Part shown: in pieces, positions 53,950 through 63,551 of the stretch
Numbering within the stretch: position 1 is the stretch's first letter
Layout of the letters: every line of letters starts with the position of its first letter
Source: a virus
Virus record (IMG/VR): IMGVR_UViG_3300036828_000247
Location: 3,961 to 67,960 of that record
Direction: 5' to 3' (one strand)
Length of the DNA stretch: 64,000 bases
Made by a program: the position numbers and the translations under genes
Notes under the pieces: generated by a model
The model's input: only the letters and a program-made list of their open reading frames with translations
What the model was told of the DNA's origin: nothing
Databases searched by the model: none

Positions 53950-54221
53950 TCAAGCGGGCCATCGCCATTATCATCGGTCCCGGTATCAACAAGCTGATGG
54001 ACATGACGAATGCCTGCCGCTGCATTAGCTGCTGCGCCAAGGAGAACTGGGTTCCCTGCGAGAACAAGACCCGGGACGGCCAGAAGGTATGCGACTGGTG
54101 CATCGGGTCTAACAACGGTGAGTACCCGCACTGCCACTCCATCGGGAATGCCATGGTGAAGGCAGGCTGGGCTCTCGGCCGGGCCGACATTAAGGCGAAG
54201 GACTCTTCATGGCCGGAATGA
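53946..54221 (+). CDS. Cys-rich ORF inserted between the DnaE halves
   Basis: ATGA overlaps on both sides; CRCISCC, CDWC, HCH. Confidence 0.55.
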   Translation: MIKRAIAIIIGPGINKLMDMTNACRCISCCAKENWVPCENKTRDGQKVCDWCIGSNNGEYPHCHSIGNAMVKAGWALGRADIKAKDSSWPE

Positions 54222-56470
54222 CGAGCGCTGACCTACTGCTTCAGTGGGCCCGGTTCGGCTGGGCTTACCGTGGGCTGGGGCAGCGGCCGAAGGTAGAGCG
54301 TGACTGGTATGCCGGGCGTGTGAAGTATGAGCTCGGCCTGATTCTAGAGAAGGACTTCCAGGATGTATTCCTTGTCGTATCGGATGCTATCAGGTGGGCA
54401 AAGGACCACGGCATCGTTGTTGGTCCTGGACGAGGAAGCGTGGCTGCTAGCGTCGTGGCGTGGCTTCTCCGCATCCATGAGGTTGACCCGTACCAGCACC
54501 CCGGCCTCCTGTTTGAGCGTTTCCTGGACTCGTCCCGAGCGGACCCTCCAGACATTGACACTGACTTTGAAGATGAACGCCGCTGGGAGGTTCGCGAATA
54601 CCTGGAGGGAAAGTATGGCCGAGAGTGCGTCGGCCAGGTCGGCAACTTCATCAGGTACCGGGGCAAGAACGCGCTCCTTGATGTCTGCCGCGTCTACAAT
54701 ATCCCGATCCAGGCCAAGGAAGCCGTAGGCAGCCTGGTCATCGAGCGCTCGGGCGGTGACTCCCGGTTCGATGCCACGCTGGCTGATACCGTCGAGATGT
54801 TCCCCCAGGCAAAGGCTGCGTTCGAGGCCTTCCCGGATATGCGGAAGGCAACCCGGCTGGAGGGTAACGTCCGCGGGATGAGCGTCCACGCGGCCGGGCT
54901 CGTGGTGTGTAACGGGCCGCTCACCGACATCTGCTCCATCTACGAGCGGAACGGCGTCCAGGTAATGAGCCTGGACAAGTATGACGTTGAGGACGCTGGC
55001 GCCATCAAGCTGGACTTCCTCGGGCTCACGACCATGAGCGTGATCGCCCGGTGCCTTGAGGCCGTCGGCATGAGCCTGGAGGATCTGTACGCGCTACCGC
55101 TTGATGACGAGGACGTCATGGATGCGTTCCGAGCGGCCGACGTCGTGGGCGTGTTCCAGTTCGAGGGCCGAGCTACCCGGCTCGTCACCCGCGATGTCCA
55201 GGCTCGGGACTTCACCGAGCTGAGTGACGTCAACGCGCTGAGCCGGCCGGGGCCGCTGTTCTCGGGCACGACCGCCACCTACGTTGCCGTCCGGCACGGC
55301 AAGCAGAAGGCAGCCCGGCTCCACCCGCTCGTGGACGAGGTAACGGACCGAACCAAGGGCCAGATCATCTACCAGGAGCAAATTCTCCGGATCCTCCGGG
55401 ACCTCGGGGGATTTGACTGGTTCTCAGTCGGGCAGATCCGGCGCATCATCAGCAAGAAGGTCGGTGAAGCAGCCTTCCAGATGAGCGAGGAGAAGTTCCT
55501 GGAGGGAGCCGAGCGCCTCCATGGTATGGACAGGAAGCTGGCCGACCGGATCTGGAAGCTGATGGTGACCTCGGGCACGTACTCGTTCGTCACGGCCCAC
55601 TCGGTTAGCTACACGCTAATTGGCTACTGGTGCATGTGGCTTAAGGTTCACTACCCACGACAGTTCCTGGCTGCGGCGCTAGCCAAGGCCGGTGACGAGG
55701 AGCAGCAGTACAAGCTGATGCAAGACGCGCTAGCGCACGGCATCACGATCACGCCGCCCCGGCTCCGGCTGAGCGGCATGACCTGGCAGGCCACCGTCGG
55801 CCGGGACGACATCGTGGCTGGCTGGATGCAGATCCCAGGCATCGGCGAGCGAACCGCGCAGTCCATCGAGGCAGACAAGTCCGAGTTCGGTGAGTTTGAG
55901 GACTGGTCCCAGCTTGAGGAGATTAAGGGCATTGGCCCGAGGACGATCCAGGTCATGCAGACCTTCTCTGTGGCGGACGATCCGTTCGGGCTCCGCATCA
56001 CCCAGGAGCGTATGGGGAAGGTCAACAAGTGGCTCCGGGACCAGAAGCGGATACCCTGGCCGACCCACAACGGTACCGAGCTGGCAGCCATCGTGATGGA
56101 GCAGAGCTTCGGCGATACCGGCCGCCAGAACTACGGCAAGGGCCCGAAGGTTGTCTACGTCGGGATCGTCAAGACCCGCAACTACCAGGACGCGGTTGAG
56201 AACCGTCGCTCGCGGACAGGCGAGGAAGCAGAGGATATCCTCAGGACACTCAAGCGGCCGGACCTGCTGGCATACTGCTCCCTGCGCTGTTACGACACGA
56301 CCGATGAGGAGGTCTACCTACGGATTAGCCGGTGGGTGTTCCCGAAGCTCAAGAAGGCCATCGACGGTATCACCGAGGGCCATGATGTCGTGATAGCAGA
56401 AGGCAGCCGCATCTCAGGATTCGGCACCCCTGTCCTAGTGGACAGGCTGTACGTTGTTGACCCTGACTAA
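54218..56470 (+). CDS. dnaE: DNA polymerase III alpha, catalytic portion
   Basis: GPGRGSVAAS, FERFL, PDIDTDF, HAAGLV, KLDFLGL, YQEQI, YSFVTAHS. Confidence 0.93.
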   Translation: MTSADLLLQWARFGWAYRGLGQRPKVERDWYAGRVKYELGLILEKDFQDVFLVVSDAIRWAKDHGIVVGPGRGSVAASVVAWLLRIHEVDPYQHPGLLFERFLDSSRADPPDIDTDFEDERRWEVREYLEGKYGRECVGQVGNFIRYRGKNALLDVCRVYNIPIQAKEAVGSLVIERSGGDSRFDATLADTVEMFPQAKAAFEAFPDMRKATRLEGNVRGMSVHAAGLVVCNGPLTDICSIYERNGVQVMSLDKYDVEDAGAIKLDFLGLTTMSVIARCLEAVGMSLEDLYALPLDDEDVMDAFRAADVVGVFQFEGRATRLVTRDVQARDFTELSDVNALSRPGPLFSGTTATYVAVRHGKQKAARLHPLVDEVTDRTKGQIIYQEQILRILRDLGGFDWFSVGQIRRIISKKVGEAAFQMSEEKFLEGAERLHGMDRKLADRIWKLMVTSGTYSFVTAHSVSYTLIGYWCMWLKVHYPRQFLAAALAKAGDEEQQYKLMQDALAHGITITPPRLRLSGMTWQATVGRDDIVAGWMQIPGIGERTAQSIEADKSEFGEFEDWSQLEEIKGIGPRTIQVMQTFSVADDPFGLRITQERMGKVNKWLRDQKRIPWPTHNGTELAAIVMEQSFGDTGRQNYGKGPKVVYVGIVKTRNYQDAVENRRSRTGEEAEDILRTLKRPDLLAYCSLRCYDTTDEEVYLRISRWVFPKLKKAIDGITEGHDVVIAEGSRISGFGTPVLVDRLYVVDPD

Positions 56471-56480
56471 GGAGCAAGCC

Positions 56481-56759
56481 ATGGACCCCGTTGTGGTATC
56501 CCCTGACAACATGGATGACGAGACGTTCGCCAGGCACATGACCCACAGACACGGTGAGAGCCTGGGAGGGCTGGGCGAGCTCCAGTTCCGCCGTAACGAT
56601 GGCATGGCTGTGATGTGGCGATCGTTTCACCGCAGGCTCCACGAGGTGCGGGTGACCCTGGATGTACCGCATGAGCACGCCGCCTACGAGCCGCCTGAGG
56701 ATGAGGACAGCCCGGGGCACAGCCCCCTCCCGGCTAGCCGGATCAAGGCGGCATCCTAG
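56481..56759 (+). CDS. Small His-rich protein
   Basis: AAGGAG RBS; FARHMTHRH...FHRRLH. Confidence 0.55.
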   Translation: MDPVVVSPDNMDDETFARHMTHRHGESLGGLGELQFRRNDGMAVMWRSFHRRLHEVRVTLDVPHEHAAYEPPEDEDSPGHSPLPASRIKAAS

Positions 56760-57000
56760 CTTGTGGCAGCACGGAGGGCTCGTGTGGCTGTGCGGCCACG
56801 GAAGGGTCGGCCCGGTAGGTAGCGGCGGGAACGTGGTCCGTGGCCGCACAGCTGATCCTAGGGCCGCACGGGGCCTCGTAACGGAACGGTAACGAGGGGT
56901 AGCCGGCACAGTAACGGGCCGCGTAGCTTACCCCGGGTAAGGTGCGCTGAAGCCCCGTGATCTGCAAGTAGGCGCACTCAGCCGCTACAAGTGGAGAAGC

Positions 57001-57711
57001 GTGAACTGTGTACGGAGGAAATCTGCGGTAATTGCGACTCTCGGCCTAATCATCGCCGGGATAGTGCTCAGCACATCAGCCCAGGCCTCAACGGCTGGCC
57101 AGAGGACGACGGCAGTAACGGCGTCCGCTACGATCCGGACCCAGGCCCGCCACGCAAGTGTTCACTACACTGTGCGCTCGGGCGATACCCTCAGCTCGAT
57201 AGCGCGGAAGGTTTACGGCCACGCGAGCCGATGGCCAGCGCTATGGTGGAAGAATCGCGGCGCGGTCCCCAACCCAGACTCGATCCGGGTAGGCCAGCGC
57301 CTGTACGTCAGCCGGTGGCACCCCATCAGGGCCTGGCTGATGACCCGGGCGACACGGGCCATACCGGCCCCGGCCCCGGTGAGGCAGCATTCATCTTCCC
57401 CGGCTGCCCCATCCGCACCCGCCCCGGTAGCCTCAGCCGCCCCAGTCGCCGCCCAGCCGGTAGCTGTCACCAGCGGTGCCCCCGGTAGCTTCCAGTCCTG
57501 CGTAATCCAGCGCGAGTCTGGCGGTAACGCCTCTGCGGTCAACGCAAGCTCGGGAGCGGGTGGGCTGTACGGCTTCCTGCCTAGCACCTGGGCTTCCCTC
57601 GGCCACTCCGGGCTGCCGGAGAACGCTAGCGTGGCCGAGCAGAACCAGGCATTCGCCCAGGAGTACGCGCAGTCGGGCGGATCAGCCTGGTCAGCTTACG
57701 ATGGCTGCTAG
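57001..57711 (+). CDS. Secreted LysM + resuscitation-promoting-factor-like transglycosylase
   Basis: Signal peptide; YTVRSGDTLSSIA...NPDSIRVGQRL; CVIQRESGGN...GLYGFLPSTW...EQ...W. Confidence 0.85.
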   Translation: MNCVRRKSAVIATLGLIIAGIVLSTSAQASTAGQRTTAVTASATIRTQARHASVHYTVRSGDTLSSIARKVYGHASRWPALWWKNRGAVPNPDSIRVGQRLYVSRWHPIRAWLMTRATRAIPAPAPVRQHSSSPAAPSAPAPVASAAPVAAQPVAVTSGAPGSFQSCVIQRESGGNASAVNASSGAGGLYGFLPSTWASLGHSGLPENASVAEQNQAFAQEYAQSGGSAWSAYDGC

Positions 57712-57720
57712 GGGTTAACC

Positions 57721-58173
57721 ATGATACGGCTAACAGCTGTGTTCAGCGCACTCATTCTTGGGCTAGCCCTGGCGCTCACGGCACCGTCCGCCCCGGCCCG
57801 TGCCGATACGGCCGGCGAGGCACTAGCTGCCCTTCACTGGGCCGAGTACCACGAGACAGGCCACTGGTACTGCTGGGGAGGAGCCGGGCCGTCCTGCTAT
57901 GACTGCTCCGGTGCGGTGATTGCCGCCTACGCGCATGCGCTCGGGATCAGCCTACCGCACAGCACATACGCGATGCTGGCCAGCTCCCGGCTCTACCGCA
58001 TCCCGCTCCGGGACGCCCGGCGTGGTGACCTAGCCTTCTACGGCTCCGGCCACGTTGAGTTCTTTACCAGACACGGAACCTTCGGGGCTGAACAGACCGG
58101 CACCCAGGTCGGCTGGCATCGGCCCAATGCCTGGTGGCATCCAACTATGGCGTTTCGGGTGGCGGTCCGATGA
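57721..58173 (+). CDS. Secreted NlpC/P60 peptidoglycan endopeptidase
   Basis: Signal peptide; YCWGGAGPSCYDCSG, GDLAFY, GHV. Confidence 0.88.
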   Translation: MIRLTAVFSALILGLALALTAPSAPARADTAGEALAALHWAEYHETGHWYCWGGAGPSCYDCSGAVIAAYAHALGISLPHSTYAMLASSRLYRIPLRDARRGDLAFYGSGHVEFFTRHGTFGAEQTGTQVGWHRPNAWWHPTMAFRVAVR

Positions 58174-58360
58174 CATAGGCCAGCCGGCAGTCGGCCTTGC
58201 CGAACTCAATGGACGACCGGATGTCGTTGACGATCTTATCCGGGTCCATGGTCTCGGGCAGCTTCAGGACAACCATGACCCCGATCACCTGAATACCCAC
58301 CTTCTTGGGTGATGGGTCGGTGACCGGGGCCACGGCGTCCTCGCTCCAGGGCATGCTCAT
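58145..58360 (-). CDS. Small hypothetical protein, probably leaderless
   Basis: GGGG-TATACT with ATG 6 nt later. Confidence 0.5.
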   Translation of the reverse strand: MSMPWSEDAVAPVTDPSPKKVGIQVIGVMVVLKLPETMDPDKIVNDIRSSIEFGKADCRLAYVIGPPPETP

Positions 58361-58382
58361 GCGTTGAGTATACCCCGAACGC

Positions 58383-59207
58383 CTACTTGCTAAAGCAGGC
58401 AGCGATGGGCTTGGCGCCCGAGTCGCGGCGGACATACAGGACCTTCTTGCCGTCGGGGATACCGGCTCCGTCCGACTCCCCTGCCTTGAGCGTGATGTTC
58501 GCCGTGTCCGATCCAGGAATGTTGACGCGCACAGCGCTCGTCTCCTCGCACCCCAGGCGTAGGCGTGCCTTGCCGTCCGCGAAGTAGTTGGGCACGACCA
58601 CGGTTGCGTTCCCGTCCGCGTCGAATACCAGATAGAACATGTCGTTGTACCTCTCTGGGTTGTAGTCCTTGGCCGGCTCGGTGCCGCCACCTCTGGCCCA
58701 TTCCAGGACCTTGTCCATCGGGAAGCCGTCACCGCAGTTGACGTGGCCGCCACCCCACGCCCCGAAGTCGATGTGCTGACAGACACCCCGGCCGCTACCC
58801 TGGGCCTGGGACGGGGACAGCTCGGTGATCGGCAGGCCAAACTTCTTGGCCTCCTCGGCAATCCAATCGGCCGCGTTGTGGAGCATGTTGCCGTGGCTGT
58901 TGAGCCAGGTGTTCCGCGACCACGATGCGAAGCCGCAGAGCTCCAGCTGGACCGCGATTGGGTTAGCGTTCGCAGCAGTCCAGGCCTTGTTGCCCCGGGT
59001 GACGTACTCACCGATCATGCCACGCTTGTCGTCGGCCCCGGTGTGGGAGCTGACCTGGTTAGCTGTGTTCTGGAAGAAGTGCCCGAGATCCTCGATCGTC
59101 TGGGCCCCCTCAGCGGTGTGCAGCACGATCGTCCGGACCGTTGCGCCGCCCCGGCTGCTGTAGGACTGCGTTGGGATCCAGAGTCGGTTAAGCGCCATCG
59201 TGCTCAT
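58383..59207 (-). CDS. Endolysin, N-acetylmuramoyl-L-alanine amidase (Amidase_2)
   Basis: IVLHTAEG, SSH, AWTAANAN, QLELCG, HVNCG. Confidence 0.88.
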   Translation of the reverse strand: MSTMALNRLWIPTQSYSSRGGATVRTIVLHTAEGAQTIEDLGHFFQNTANQVSSHTGADDKRGMIGEYVTRGNKAWTAANANPIAVQLELCGFASWSRNTWLNSHGNMLHNAADWIAEEAKKFGLPITELSPSQAQGSGRGVCQHIDFGAWGGGHVNCGDGFPMDKVLEWARGGGTEPAKDYNPERYNDMFYLVFDADGNATVVVPNYFADGKARLRLGCEETSAVRVNIPGSDTANITLKAGESDGAGIPDGKKVLYVRRDSGAKPIAACFSK

Positions 59208-59385
59208 CCGCCCGCCAGTCAGCCAGCTCCTCCGCCAGCCTCGCGATCTCCTCGGGCGAGCGCATCACGTGAACCTGCCGCTCCACCTCCGGCTCCTCCA
59301 CCGGCATGACCTGCGGCCGGTCATCGGTGTCCGGGTCGAGCCCGGCGAACCGGCCACGGCGCTCCCGCCAGTCTTGTTCCGACAT
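59188..59385 (-). CDS. Small hypothetical protein
   Basis: GGAGAGG RBS; overlaps the lysin start. Confidence 0.45.
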   Translation of the reverse strand: MSEQDWRERRGRFAGLDPDTDDRPQVMPVEEPEVERQVHVMRSPEEIARLAEELADWRADEHDGA

Positions 59386-59444
59386 TGCCTCTCCCTCTGA
59401 GTAGGGTCTCATGAACGCTTTCCTGATCTCCCTCCATCGCCTCC

Positions 59445-59765
59445 TCATCCAAGAGCCGAGCCCCACGCCAGGAGGTACCCGGCATCGTTCTGGAGACCGG
59501 ATGGCATGGTGACCTGGGTCCCGGTGAACGTGGCAGCGATCTCCACGAACGACGTCACCGAGATGATTGCCGCCCGGTCGACAGTCTGCAGGACGCCCAT
59601 CCCGGCGCTCCCGACATCAAGCGTGTCACCGGTCGTGACGTTCCGGAGGGCAATCAGGACGATCTTGTCAGCCGCCCCGAACTGAAATACGGTGACCGCA
59701 TCAATCCCCACGGGTACCTGTGCCTGTCCCCCTGGTGCGATCGGCCCCGTTGCTATCTGTGCCAT
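59445..59765 (-). CDS. Minor tail protein
   Basis: AGGAGG RBS; beta-rich. Confidence 0.55.
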   Translation of the reverse strand: MAQIATGPIAPGGQAQVPVGIDAVTVFQFGAADKIVLIALRNVTTGDTLDVGSAGMGVLQTVDRAAIISVTSFVEIAATFTGTQVTMPSGLQNDAGYLLAWGSALG

Positions 59766-59773
59766 GGTTCCTC

Positions 59774-60490
59774 CTATGAGACCTTTCCTGGTATTGATGC
59801 CAGTACGGTGAGTGTTGGAGCCCCGGCCGTGGCTCCCCACGCAAGCCCAACACGGAACGTCTCGCCAGTAGTCGTGTCTACCGAGATCGGCGCGACAGCG
59901 CCAACGACGATAGCAGCAGCCTGAACCGCTGTCGGAAGGATGTTGGCCCCGACCGCCGTTATCGACCAGTTGGCGTACGCGAGCAGGGTACCGCCAACCC
60001 CGTTCGTGAGGCAGACCAGGTATGCATCGATGAAGAACCGGAAGCCAGAGTTGGTCCCGAACAGAGCACTCCCGGCCGTCTGGACCCCTCCGTTGACGCC
60101 GCCAAGACTCAGCTGGCAGGTAATCGTGTTAGACGTGCCAGTGCTGCCAGTCGTGCCGTACCCGAAGCAGGTTACCTTGTACGTGCTCCCCGGGATGCTG
60201 TCCCCACCAGGAACGAAAACAGACGCTACGGTCTGGGACGTAGCCTGGGTGACGACCACCGGCGCGACCGTCGCTAGCTGGGCCCCGACGTACTCCATGA
60301 CCATGCCGTTGTCGTTGATATAGCTCGGCTGGCCGGCCGCCGAAAACTGCGTGTAGCCGTTCGGGTCGGGCGTGTTGGGAATCGTCCCGCCGTCAACCTG
60401 GGTGATTGACTCGCCATGGGCATCAAGCTGGCCACGTACGTCAGACAGGTCTTCCCCGGCCTGCTCTAGGGTGTAGGGTGCAAGGGGCAT
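59774..60490 (-). CDS. Minor tail / fibre protein
   Basis: Thr/Gly-rich; follows the large tail protein. Confidence 0.6.
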   Translation of the reverse strand: MPLAPYTLEQAGEDLSDVRGQLDAHGESITQVDGGTIPNTPDPNGYTQFSAAGQPSYINDNGMVMEYVGAQLATVAPVVVTQATSQTVASVFVPGGDSIPGSTYKVTCFGYGTTGSTGTSNTITCQLSLGGVNGGVQTAGSALFGTNSGFRFFIDAYLVCLTNGVGGTLLAYANWSITAVGANILPTAVQAAAIVVGAVAPISVDTTTGETFRVGLAWGATAGAPTLTVLASIPGKVS

Positions 60491-60491
60491 G

Positions 60492-63400
60492 TCACCACTT
60501 CCGGATGTTGGTGATTACCTGGACATACGGGGCATAGGGGACGCAGTTCCACTCAATGATCCAGTTGAAGGTGTTGATCGTTTCTGTGTAGCCGATAACC
60601 AGCTGCTTGGCAGTGGAGGCCGGGAACCAGAATGGCAGGTTACTCAGCTGTACCATGTCCCCAATTTCCACCCCGGCGATTGCCGACATGAGTGGGGCTA
60701 GGCCGTTTCCGGTGAATCCGGCCAGGGCCATGTTAATTCTGATCGGGCTGTACCGCTCCGTGTCCTTGGCCGTCCCGTCTGAGCTCGTGCCGATCAGCAG
60801 GAGATGGGACGCCAGGGCTGCTAGCTGCTCGTCCGCGGACGCGATTGCCTTGTGGGTCTTCTTGCTCCGGCCGTGCCCCTGGGGTGGCTCCAGGATCGAC
60901 ATGGCCCCGTTCAGGAGTGCCACCTCAACCTTGTTGCCCTTGTGCCGGTGAACGATGATATTGTTCCACAACTGAAGATGGTCAAAGGACGGGACGAGGT
61001 CTGGCGCGATGTAGCCCGCGCTGTGGTTAAGCGTCACCGAAGCTGTCTGGTTGATGAGGCGCATACGGGTCCGGTAGGCAAGTCCCCAGAGCGTCTTGGC
61101 CTCCCGCATGATTCCCTGCTCGAGCTCGCTGATCTCCTTGTGGAGGTCAAGCAGGTGCTTGTGGGTCTGCGGACCCATGTGCGGGTTGGTATGTGCGTGG
61201 TCGATGTAGATCTTGGTCCCGTTAGCCAGGGTAGAGTGCGCCCCAGCAACCAGAGCATAGAATGCCGATCCTGGGGGAGCCAGCGAGTCGGATCCGTGCA
61301 GGGTGAATGTGTGGATCTCATTCGCCCCGATGGTGAAGTCAGGCGTATCAACCTCGCTAAGGAACGTCCCGGCCCCGTTATACCAGGCGATGCCGATGTA
61401 GGCGTTCGTGATGGAGACGTTGCTGTAGTAGTCGATGGAGGTTGAAAGCGTGTCCCCGGCTACGATGTTGCCACCACCCGTCCCGGTGGGGGATATCGTC
61501 CGTGGCTGTCCTGCGCCGTTAGCTGTGAGCAACAGGCTGTGGGTGCCATGCGTGGGCCAGGTATCCCCGCCCACGTCCGTGAACGTCGTTGTGGGAGTAG
61601 TCAGGGCTCCGTTGGTGACTGTCCAGCCCTGGACGCCAGCCTCAAAGCTGAAGTGGTCGTTGCCCTCGCTGTATTCCTCGATGTGGCCCATGACCTGCTC
61701 ATTGGCCAGACGCCGGAATCGGTTGATCCCGGTCTCAATGTGGTGGCCATCGAGAGCCCGGCTGACCTTCCACAGCGGGATCAGCGCGTACTGTATGCTG
61801 AAGTGCCCCATGGCCGTCTTGGTGATGTCCCCGTTAGGGGCCACAACGACCTGGGATACCGACCCCATCGTTGCTGACGCTACCGTTCCGGTTGCCCGGT
61901 CAACAACGCCATGCGCCCCAGGCTGGATAGCCGAGATGGAGTAGGCAATACTGGTACCGGACTGGGCGAGCTCGGCGCTGACCATGAGTGTCTGTCCGTC
62001 CGCTCCTGCGGTAATGTTCCCGGAGTCAAAGACCTGGGCCCCGACGCTGTTATACCCGAGCATCCGGAGGTTGCCGCCGCCACGGTACTGGACGTCAACA
62101 GTCTTGACCCCGGTACTGGTAGTTAGCATCCGGGCAAGAACCTTGCCGCCATTCCCGCCCTTCCTCGGGACTTTCAGGATGAACCGCATCACGTTGTTGT
62201 TGGGCTGGGTACCGCCACCGGAGCTCGTGTAGACCAGCTCAACAGAGCCCGAGGCACCCTGGCCACCCTGGCCAAAGTTAGTAACGTTTGCCCAGCCAGC
62301 TCCTGCGCCCCCACCCGGGCTAAAGCCGTCCTGGCCATCCTGTGTGACGTTACCGCCACCGTTACCGCCATTACCGCCACCAGCGGGGGCAACGCCGCCT
62401 GCGCCACCGAATGACCCAGATGGCGGGTTACCCGGGGCACCTGCAGCGGATGGTCCGCCCGAGCTCCCGCCACCGGGTCCGCCGTTAGCGTGAGATGCGT
62501 TGCCGAGGCCATCCCCGCCATCGTGGGTGACCGTCCCGGTGGATGCCGAGGCAAGGCCCCTCGTCCCGGCTACCGCGTTAGCCTGGGCGCCATGTCCCGG
62601 GTCGGCCAGGACAGTTGCGACGTCCCCGACGATCGAGCTAGGCATGCCGTCACTCGCCCCGGTCTGCCAGTTGCCTGGCCCGCCACCCTGGCCCACTATC
62701 AGCGTGTATGGCTGGCCCGGGGTCATAGCTAGGGCCGCGTTCCCGGCCCACGCGCTACCGCCACCTGAGGAGCCCCCAGCGGCCGTCCCCGCCTGCCCCT
62801 TGGTCGCCCCTCCCGCTCCCGAGATTACCTTTGCGTTAACAGATGTCGTGGAGGCGATGAACGTGTAGATCCCAGGGACGCTGTATATGTCATCGCCCGA
62901 GGTCCCGAACGAGCTCGTGATGCCGGTCCAGATGGACCTGTTGAGCACCCCAATCGGGGCTGAGCCATTAAAGTCGCTGACTGCCTTGAACTTGGGGGCA
63001 CCTGAGATAATCGACATGTTTGCGCCGGCCTGGACCCCGGCGCCAATCAGGCCTGTGTTCGGGTCCTCCTCGCAGGGCCAGTAGGCGATCGGGGCATAGC
63101 TGCCCTTCAGCGCCGCATAGTACCGCTGGAGCGCCGACCCCTCGCCACCTCCTGCCCGTAGCCTGCGGAGCGGGCCAGACGCCACGACCTTGGCATACAC
63201 GTCCGACTCGCTCGGGTCTGACGCGAGCGGCCAGGTCTTGACGTCACCCCAGAACCGGAAGCCCGTGTACGTGTTGCCGGAGGAAGACGTTGCGCCGTTG
63301 ACGCTCAGCCGGATCTGGACGTTGCGCTGAAGGAATGGGTAATACTGGCCGCTGACGTAGTTCGGGGTGAACCGGCCGTCCCGGTTGTTAAGCGTTATCA

Positions 63401-63551
63401 GCATACTAGCCGGGGTCTGCTGCTCATGGATGCTGGACTGCTTGCCGCCGGAGATTACGATGTCGTCCCGCTGGTAGACGAAATCGCTGATGTCAATCCA
63501 GGTCCCGTTGATCAGGATCTCGCATGTGATGTTGAGCGGGTAGAGCGGCAT
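60492..63551 (-). CDS. Large minor tail protein with Gly-rich and carbohydrate-binding-like inserts
   Basis: TLNNRDGRFTP, AYWPCEE, poly-Gly block, FEAGVQGW, GYTETI. Confidence 0.8.
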   Translation of the reverse strand: MPLYPLNITCEILINGTWIDISDFVYQRDDIVISGGKQSSIHEQQTPASMLITLNNRDGRFTPNYVSGQYYPFLQRNVQIRLSVNGATSSSGNTYTGFRFWGDVKTWPLASDPSESDVYAKVVASGPLRRLRAGGGEGSALQRYYAALKGSYAPIAYWPCEEDPNTGLIGAGVQAGANMSIISGAPKFKAVSDFNGSAPIGVLNRSIWTGITSSFGTSGDDIYSVPGIYTFIASTTSVNAKVISGAGGATKGQAGTAAGGSSGGGSAWAGNAALAMTPGQPYTLIVGQGGGPGNWQTGASDGMPSSIVGDVATVLADPGHGAQANAVAGTRGLASASTGTVTHDGGDGLGNASHANGGPGGGSSGGPSAAGAPGNPPSGSFGGAGGVAPAGGGNGGNGGGNVTQDGQDGFSPGGGAGAGWANVTNFGQGGQGASGSVELVYTSSGGGTQPNNNVMRFILKVPRKGGNGGKVLARMLTTSTGVKTVDVQYRGGGNLRMLGYNSVGAQVFDSGNITAGADGQTLMVSAELAQSGTSIAYSISAIQPGAHGVVDRATGTVASATMGSVSQVVVAPNGDITKTAMGHFSIQYALIPLWKVSRALDGHHIETGINRFRRLANEQVMGHIEEYSEGNDHFSFEAGVQGWTVTNGALTTPTTTFTDVGGDTWPTHGTHSLLLTANGAGQPRTISPTGTGGGNIVAGDTLSTSIDYYSNVSITNAYIGIAWYNGAGTFLSEVDTPDFTIGANEIHTFTLHGSDSLAPPGSAFYALVAGAHSTLANGTKIYIDHAHTNPHMGPQTHKHLLDLHKEISELEQGIMREAKTLWGLAYRTRMRLINQTASVTLNHSAGYIAPDLVPSFDHLQLWNNIIVHRHKGNKVEVALLNGAMSILEPPQGHGRSKKTHKAIASADEQLAALASHLLLIGTSSDGTAKDTERYSPIRINMALAGFTGNGLAPLMSAIAGVEIGDMVQLSNLPFWFPASTAKQLVIGYTETINTFNWIIEWNCVPYAPYVQVITNIRKW

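Noticed and set aside
53946-54221. Self-splicing intron or homing endonuclease splitting dnaE
   Set aside because: No non-coding flanks and no HNH/LAGLIDADG/GIY-YIG motif; the ORFs are directly ATGA-coupled.
56765-57000. c-di-AMP (ydaO) riboswitch before the rpf-like gene
   Set aside because: The characteristic conserved blocks could not be found by eye; kept only as an unclassified structure.
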